Of a stretch of 64,000 bases of DNA, positions 57,637-64,000 are shown one piece after another. This DNA is from a virus. The position numbers and the translations under genes were made by a program. The notes beneath the pieces are model-generated. The model saw only the letters and a program-made list of their open reading frames with translations. It was not told where the DNA came from and ran no database searches. Within the stretch, counting starts at the first letter, position 1; each line of letters opens with the position of its first letter. Location: IMG/VR virus record IMGVR_UViG_3300002026_000004, positions 36,237-100,236 of that record; one strand, 5' to 3'.

Positions 57637-59976
57637 ATGTCCTTAAAGCAAAACTCAGTAAGAAGTAATACTATTGGATTTGTTGATACCTCAGAATTAA
57701 CTGGTTTTGTTGATGCAATCCAAGATGCTACTATAACATTATCAAAAGTAAAAAATGTATTAGAAACAACTAAAAAGATTGTTTCTCCTTTTTTATCCTT
57801 TGCTCAAACTGACCCAATATCAACTTTATTAAAAGAGATATTAAAAACAGTTAATGACACTATTAATTCAATGCTTTCAACAGGAGCATCTTTTATATTT
57901 ATTTCTCCATTAAATGCTCCTAAAAAAAGATATTTAGAATTTAAGGTAGATATAAAAAACATTAATAATTTTGTTACCGGAACTAAGAATGTTATTAACA
58001 ACTTTAATAAGTATTTTCTTTTAAGTAATGATGAGCTAAAATCAGAATTATTAAGATTAACAAAAAAAACAGATTCAGAAAAGTATACAGATGATGTAAG
58101 AAGAATTACTGCTGAAATAGCTAGAAGAAAAACTTTAAATTATGATAAAGTATTTACTGATACTATGTCAATAAAGATACCAAAATTATCATCTAAAGAA
58201 GCTTTGACTGATTTAATTAACTCCTTTAGTAATTCCCAAGATTCATTACGCCCAACATGGAATGATTTAACATGTACAGGAGGTTTAGGAATTTTAATAT
58301 GTGCGGAAAGTCAAGTTCAGCTTATAGAAAATTTATCATTCATAAATGATATATTTAAGTTTGCTGATATTCATAAAGCATTTACAGATACTAAAGATTC
58401 TATAGATAAATACATTACTACTGCTAATGAAATGATTAAAAATAATGAAGAAACAACAAACCAAACTCAATTAATGTTAAATATACAAGGTAAAACAGAA
58501 AGTAAAGATTTACTATTACAGCACATATATGCTATTAGAAATAATATGGCATCAATAATTCCTATGGATGATACTTCAGCGACATGGACAAAGTTCAGTT
58601 TAGACATACTACCTTACATCAAAGACTTAAAAGAGTTTTTAGATAAGTTAAGTGAGTATATGATATCAGCTACTGCTACTGCTGAGGACATTCTTACTTC
58701 TATTATATCTGCGTTCTTAAACAAACTAGATTCATTAATAAAATTGATTTCAGATGCAATAGCACTATTAAATAAGTTAGCTAATCTAAAATTAGGGGTA
58801 GCCGCTACTTCCTTTATTATAGAGCCTAGTGAACAAAGTAGAGGAGTATCTTACTTAACATCCTCACTAAGAGAATTATCTGATTTCTCTGGTAGTTTAT
58901 TTAATCCTCTTATTAATAAAAATGTTACAGAAGACTCAGTAGAATTATTAAAAACATCTCAATTCTCAATATTATTATTTTTGGGTGTTGGGTTTACTTC
59001 TAAGGATGCTGTTCAAGCAGAATTAAATAGACTATTAAAATTATTTAATATTACTTTTGATACTCTTGCTTCTTTAACAACGGCAGGGCAAAAACAATTA
59101 GAGCAATCATATACTACAAATAACTCTATGTCTATTCAAGTTCTCCCTGATTACCAAGATACAAATCAGGTTATTAGTAGTAGTACAGTTTCTTTCAAAG
59201 TAAGTTTGAGTCCTGCTATTGACTCATACTCATATAAATTGGTTTCTGTATCCTCAGATAAATATAATAAATCACCATTAGCTAAATCAGGACAAAATAC
59301 TTCTTATTTAGATATAGTATGTACAGGTCTACCAGATTTAACTACTTTTAATTTGTATATATATGGCTATTCTTCTTCATTAAAAACATCGGTAACTAAG
59401 AATTGTTATTTTTCTACAGATTTCAGTTTAGCTAAAATTACTAAGTCAAGTTCAGGAATATCATCAACTTCATCAGGAGTTCAGTTAGGGTCTACCGAAA
59501 ATACATTTATTAATAATTCTAATACTCAATATACTGTTGAACAAAAATCTATATTAGGAACAATAAACACTTCTTTATTCCCTGGTGGTTCAGTAACATT
59601 ACCTACGATACCTTCAGGAGATATGATAACTAGAATAATTAATTCTAATGGTAAATACTTACTTACTTCTAGTAAATCTTATTTAAAATATTCAACATTA
59701 AGTGATTTAGCTCTGAAGGATAGAAAAATATTTATAAAGTCAGAGCCTTATCCAATATTATTTCCTATATCCATAGCTAAAGCAATTTCTATTTATTCTA
59801 ATTTATCATGGGATACATACAACTTACCTGAAGTTATTGAATTATCATCAGGAGTGTATCCTTGTCAATTAAATATTACTGGTAACTGGTCATCTATATT
59901 TAATTTAGAAGTAATATTAAGTACTGACCCAAAAGACTTCTGTTTAGACTTATTCACCCCTACAACGACTAATTAA
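57637..59976 (+). CDS. Large structural protein (helical N-terminus, beta-rich C-terminus)
   Basis: 779 aa downstream of the spike; SQDSLRP. Confidence 0.55.
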   Translation: MSLKQNSVRSNTIGFVDTSELTGFVDAIQDATITLSKVKNVLETTKKIVSPFLSFAQTDPISTLLKEILKTVNDTINSMLSTGASFIFISPLNAPKKRYLEFKVDIKNINNFVTGTKNVINNFNKYFLLSNDELKSELLRLTKKTDSEKYTDDVRRITAEIARRKTLNYDKVFTDTMSIKIPKLSSKEALTDLINSFSNSQDSLRPTWNDLTCTGGLGILICAESQVQLIENLSFINDIFKFADIHKAFTDTKDSIDKYITTANEMIKNNEETTNQTQLMLNIQGKTESKDLLLQHIYAIRNNMASIIPMDDTSATWTKFSLDILPYIKDLKEFLDKLSEYMISATATAEDILTSIISAFLNKLDSLIKLISDAIALLNKLANLKLGVAATSFIIEPSEQSRGVSYLTSSLRELSDFSGSLFNPLINKNVTEDSVELLKTSQFSILLFLGVGFTSKDAVQAELNRLLKLFNITFDTLASLTTAGQKQLEQSYTTNNSMSIQVLPDYQDTNQVISSSTVSFKVSLSPAIDSYSYKLVSVSSDKYNKSPLAKSGQNTSYLDIVCTGLPDLTTFNLYIYGYSSSLKTSVTKNCYFSTDFSLAKITKSSSGISSTSSGVQLGSTENTFINNSNTQYTVEQKSILGTINTSLFPGGSVTLPTIPSGDMITRIINSNGKYLLTSSKSYLKYSTLSDLALKDRKIFIKSEPYPILFPISIAKAISIYSNLSWDTYNLPEVIELSSGVYPCQLNITGNWSSIFNLEVILSTDPKDFCLDLFTPTTTN

Positions 59977-59989
59977 ATAGAGGATACTA

Positions 59990-61501
59990 ATGAAATTACG
60001 ATTATTATATGAAGGTAAAAAACAAGCATTAGCTATACTAAAAGATGAAGAATTAGTAAATAGAATTTTAGCTATTGACCCTACTAAGACTAAGAAATAT
60101 TCAGAATTAATTGCTCGTATTCTAAAACCAAAAATACAAAATTTTTATAAGAGGGGCATAGATTCAGCTACAATGGTATCTACAAATTTAGAATCATTTA
60201 AAACTTTAGTACCATTAATCAAACAAGCTGAATCAGAACACAAGTCTATTGATTTATCTCAAATAAACGATTTATTAGTATTAGAATCTGTTTTAGAAAA
60301 AGCAGTAAATAGAAGTAAAGGTTCTTTAATAGCAACAGGAATTAAAGGATTAACTCGTGGTGATGATTATGAAATAATTTATAATAATCCAATTATTTAT
60401 GCTATTATTCCGTTTAATTTCAAATCTTCTAAACTGTTAGCATCAGAGTATGTTGGTAATTGTAGAGGTAAATGGTGTATAGCTTACGATGGTGATGATG
60501 ATAGTTATTGGAAAACACATACTCAACAAAAAGGACAAGCTCCTGTTTATATGATACCTAAGAATGAGGATGAATATAAATATGCCTATATGTTCCATGA
60601 GGATTCTAATGAGTATGATATTTGGGATGAAGAAGATAACTTAATGACAAATGCTACAAAACCTATTATAACTAATGACTTAGGAATTTCAGAGACTGAT
60701 TTTAATATGATTAGGGATAAAGCATTACAATTAGCTGTAGATAATATTGATAGTTTTGCTAAAGGTGAGCAAGAACCTAGTTATACAAAATTATTTAATA
60801 TTAATTTTGAATTAACTAAATTTAAGTTTAATGGAACTTTAGAAATAACTACTGAAGTATATTACCCTGATGAAGACGATTATGGTGACCCAGAAACTGA
60901 GCAATATGAAGAATGTGAAGGTACTGTTAATTATGGTCCTGATTACTTTACTAATGGAATGGAAGGATTTGCTCTATTAAAATCTATATATGAAGAATAT
61001 AAAGATTTAGAAACTCTTACCGATATTACTGATAATAGTGTAATTATAGATTATGGAACAGATAGTACATTTGGTGCTTTATATGAAGAAATGAGTGGTC
61101 TTCATTATGATGATAGTAACGATAATACTAGTTATCAATATATTATTAAAGTATTAAAAAATAATGATGTTTCTGTATTAGTCATATTATCACAAGAAGA
61201 GAACTCTCCTGATGAGGATGAAAAGGAACCTATGTATAGAGCCTTACGACAAATGTATGGAGAATTAGATTCCTTTAATGGGTATTCTCAAGAGGTAGGA
61301 TATTATACTATTTTCTCCTCAAAGAAAAATACTTCAAATCTTTTAGATGGTGTTAAATCTATTCCTAACCTTTATAGAAAATTAACTTCTGAAGAATGGT
61401 ATCGAGATGATACTGAAGAAGCTAAATATGGACAACAATTTATTAGAACTCCTTTTAAGAAAGATGAAAATAAAAAGAAATATAAATTATTAAGGATATA
61501 A
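59990..61501 (+). CDS. 'DPT/WC' family protein
   Basis: DPTKTKKYS and P.NFKSSK...GKWC; leader MKLRLLYE; late motif at 59968. Confidence 0.65.
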   Translation: MKLRLLYEGKKQALAILKDEELVNRILAIDPTKTKKYSELIARILKPKIQNFYKRGIDSATMVSTNLESFKTLVPLIKQAESEHKSIDLSQINDLLVLESVLEKAVNRSKGSLIATGIKGLTRGDDYEIIYNNPIIYAIIPFNFKSSKLLASEYVGNCRGKWCIAYDGDDDSYWKTHTQQKGQAPVYMIPKNEDEYKYAYMFHEDSNEYDIWDEEDNLMTNATKPIITNDLGISETDFNMIRDKALQLAVDNIDSFAKGEQEPSYTKLFNINFELTKFKFNGTLEITTEVYYPDEDDYGDPETEQYEECEGTVNYGPDYFTNGMEGFALLKSIYEEYKDLETLTDITDNSVIIDYGTDSTFGALYEEMSGLHYDDSNDNTSYQYIIKVLKNNDVSVLVILSQEENSPDEDEKEPMYRALRQMYGELDSFNGYSQEVGYYTIFSSKKNTSNLLDGVKSIPNLYRKLTSEEWYRDDTEEAKYGQQFIRTPFKKDENKKKYKLLRI

Positions 61502-61505
61502 TAAT

Positions 61506-61694
61506 ATGAATGAAAAAGACGGTGGAAAATATTCAGAGATGTCAGTAAGAGATTTTTATATTTCTCAAGTAATGATAGGATTATACTCCTCTGAGTTTTA
61601 TAAAAATAAGAATTTCGCTACATTAGCTAGAATAGCTAGTATTCAAGCTGACGCTATGTTATCTCGTAGACATAATAAACCTAATGGGAAATAA
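61506..61694 (+). CDS. Small phage protein (MSxRDxF...ADAML type)
   Basis: MSVRDFY...QADAML. Confidence 0.6.
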   Translation: MNEKDGGKYSEMSVRDFYISQVMIGLYSSEFYKNKNFATLARIASIQADAMLSRRHNKPNGK

Positions 61695-61876
61695 TTATGA
61701 TAAAAACATTTTCTTCATCAAAATCCTATGTAAATAGGGAAAACAATTTTAAAGGTCCACATACAGGTGATGTTCTATTAAAAGAATTTGATATTCATTA
61801 TGAAAGTGATACTCTTGGAAGTAGTGAAGAATACGAAAAATAGTAATTACTAATTAATTAAGGAGATATAAAAAAT

Positions 61877-63559
61877 ATGGCTATTACCTCAGATTTTAGC
61901 ATCGCAACTAACGGTGATATTAGATATATAGGCGCGGATCATGGAATTACTGGCGCTGGTTATTATACAGTAATTGAGTTCCATAGATGGTTACAAGACT
62001 TAGCTGATGAGGCTTCTTCTGCTGGTGATGACTACATGGATATTACAAAAGCAACACCTTCTGACCGTTCAACTGATAACATCATTACATTATTAGGAAC
62101 TTATAATTTAGATGATACTTCTGCTGAATATCTTTATGGTGGTTCTATTATACAAGCTTCTGGCGCTACCATTTATGATGGTATTTTAGTTTACGCTAAT
62201 CCTAATATGGATATGCAGATACAGCAAGAAGGTGCTATTATAGTTAATGACTTTTGGAATTCTATTCCATTCGGTACAGGACTTATTGGATTAAATCCTG
62301 ATGCCGCTAATGGTATATCTCATAGATTTATGTTGAAGGTCCGTACTGGTGGTACTGACATTGATGGTCGTCGTATTGTTTGTCAAACTCGTGTATGGGG
62401 AAAAACATTCGGTGAATTTAAAATCAATGGAACTTCTCGTGGTAATAACGTAGCCGCTTTAACATATGCTGATGACTTAAATAATATTACAGCTTCAGCA
62501 ACAGTAGCAACTTGGGCGTCTGTTACTAATCAAGAAGGATATAGGTCAATAGACGTAAACAATGATACTGTTGTTGAAAATTATTATTCTGAATGGAATA
62601 AAGATACTTATTCCATAAATCAATTTTATGAAAGAATTAAGTATTTACAAAGAGTTGGAACAGCAGAAACTTTATATGGATTAAATGGTGAAGTATTTCG
62701 TGGTATTACTCATGAGTTAAATTTAACCACTCCTCGTTCAGGAACTCTTCCTAATGTTGTTGCTATTTCATGGTCAGGTGGAACAGGACAAATGTTAGCA
62801 GTAAACTCAACTACCGCCGCAACAAAAATGTGGATACAATTACTAACAGGTGTTGCTCCTACCACTGGACAATTAATTACCGCAACTGGTGGTATGACAG
62901 TAACTACAACAGGTGCCGCAATTGAACGTGTATTATCATTCCCTGCTTGTGGTACTTCTACTGGTTCAGCTTTAATTGGTTCTTATGGTTTTGGTATTGA
63001 AAAACTTGATTTAGCAAATACTGATAAAGTATTCGATTTAACAAATACTGTTAGACAAGCTCCTAACTATGTAACATTTACCGTCGGTAACTTAGTTAAT
63101 GGTGATAGAGTATTAGTTGCTCCTGCTACTCTTGATGTCTTTGACCCTACTCAAATGACATTAAATGGCGCTCTTTCTGGTGTAGCTGTAACATTAGTTG
63201 TAGTGAACGGTGCTATTCCTTCTGATACTCCTGCTACAGGTAATATTAGAATTTTAAGAACTTCTGGTTTTTATACACAACATCCTTATTCTGCATGGAC
63301 AGGAAGTACATTTACGATTACTTCTCATAACTTTTCTACAGACAGTGCTCCTAATGGAACAAACGTATTCGTATCTTATATAGATGGAGTAGCATCTGGT
63401 GCAACAATGACATTTACTTCAATTTATTCTGCTGATAGAAACTTATTTATTCGTGTAAGAAATGGAACAGGAAGCCCTCCTATAAAAACTTACGAGTCTC
63501 CTGGTACATTAGGAAGCGCGGGCGGGTCGGCCTCTACGTCGAGAATTAGTGACCAGTAG
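61877..63559 (+). CDS. Virion structural/tail-associated protein
   Basis: T/G/S-rich beta composition; late motif at 61849; SD AAGGAG. Confidence 0.65.
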   Translation: MAITSDFSIATNGDIRYIGADHGITGAGYYTVIEFHRWLQDLADEASSAGDDYMDITKATPSDRSTDNIITLLGTYNLDDTSAEYLYGGSIIQASGATIYDGILVYANPNMDMQIQQEGAIIVNDFWNSIPFGTGLIGLNPDAANGISHRFMLKVRTGGTDIDGRRIVCQTRVWGKTFGEFKINGTSRGNNVAALTYADDLNNITASATVATWASVTNQEGYRSIDVNNDTVVENYYSEWNKDTYSINQFYERIKYLQRVGTAETLYGLNGEVFRGITHELNLTTPRSGTLPNVVAISWSGGTGQMLAVNSTTAATKMWIQLLTGVAPTTGQLITATGGMTVTTTGAAIERVLSFPACGTSTGSALIGSYGFGIEKLDLANTDKVFDLTNTVRQAPNYVTFTVGNLVNGDRVLVAPATLDVFDPTQMTLNGALSGVAVTLVVVNGAIPSDTPATGNIRILRTSGFYTQHPYSAWTGSTFTITSHNFSTDSAPNGTNVFVSYIDGVASGATMTFTSIYSADRNLFIRVRNGTGSPPIKTYESPGTLGSAGGSASTSRISDQ

Positions 63560-63618
63560 GAAATTAGGTATATTTATTAAAATTACTATATAAGTATACC
63601 TAATAATAAGGAAGTTGA

Positions 63619-64000
63619 ATGGCTACTCAGACAATAAGCAAGAAAGTATCACTAACTGGTGGTGTTACTACCATAAATCTCAATACTGTCACAGTAGCTT
63701 CTACAATAGCAATATTTGTAGGGGCTGTATTAGAACATGCTAATATTCCTGCTGGAACTACTGTTTCTTCAATAACTTCATTTACTACATTTACAATGTC
63801 TGCAAACGCTTCAGCAACAGGTTCCTCTCTAACCATTGTAGCATTGAATCCTGATGAAGTAAATATTGATGATATTGCTTTATATGGTGCGGCAACTGTT
63901 ATCCAAAAATGGTCTAGTGCTGATACTCTTACGATAAACGATAATATTATTGTAAATGTAAATACAGACCAAGATAAGTTTTGGAAAACAATAACCATAA
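63619..64000 (+). CDS. Tail fibre-like protein, 3'-truncated by the window edge
   Basis: MATQTISKK...NIPAGTTVSSI..., frame open to the window end; SD AAGGA. Confidence 0.6.
   Translation, partial: MATQTISKKVSLTGGVTTINLNTVTVASTIAIFVGAVLEHANIPAGTTVSSITSFTTFTMSANASATGSSLTIVALNPDEVNIDDIALYGAATVIQKWSSADTLTINDNIIVNVNTDQDKFWKTITI

Noticed and set aside
4339-58001. Numerous short overlapping or antisense ORFs in the track (e.g. 4339, 5465, 8133, 16525, 27017, 35201, 46676, 57804)
   Set aside because: Nested within well-supported genes and lacking RBS or motifs.
63627-63998. 123-aa minus-strand ORF
   Set aside because: Shadow of the plus-strand fibre-like gene starting at 63619.
1-64000. Stop-codon recoding, introns/inteins, CRISPR array, DGR, integrase
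   Set aside because: Core genes are full length in code 11; no intein-sized insertions, spaced repeats, reverse transcriptase or integrase were seen.

Overview
64 kb of an AT-rich (roughly 28-30% GC by eye) large lytic tailed phage, standard genetic code, with no tRNA, CRISPR array or integrase seen. The head module is T4-like (terminase, portal, prohead protease/scaffold, gp23-like capsid, neck) and there is a contractile-tail baseplate cluster. The replisome is bacterial-style (DnaC-like, DnaB, DnaX, beta-clamp-like, RecA, SbcC, SSB). The SSB N-terminus resembles spirochaete SSBs, a weak host hint. Main results read from the DNA: (1) three promoter classes: early TTGACA-N17-TATACT/TATAAT/TATTAT (7 copies), middle T[A/G]GCCA-N17-TATACT (4 copies, all before replication operons) and late ACTAATT[A/T] (20 copies at gene boundaries), together with three sigma-like genes, one under each class; (2) about 15 proteins share a short N-terminal basic/hydrophobic leader ending in [LIVM]xE, resembling a T4 capsid-targeting, protease-cleaved signal, and their cargo includes ART-like, kinase-like, Cys-His-Asp, RelE-like and 'DPT/WC' paralog domains; (3) a candidate ~60-nt late sRNA with three CCUCC anti-Shine-Dalgarno motifs; (4) a candidate SD-associated +1 frameshift (TTT-CGA) fusing gp26-like and gp51-like baseplate domains; (5) leaderless late genes and a T4-style SD-sequestering hairpin; (6) strong GATC avoidance except in one inserted nuclease gene. 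All protein calls come from motif recognition only; no searches were run.
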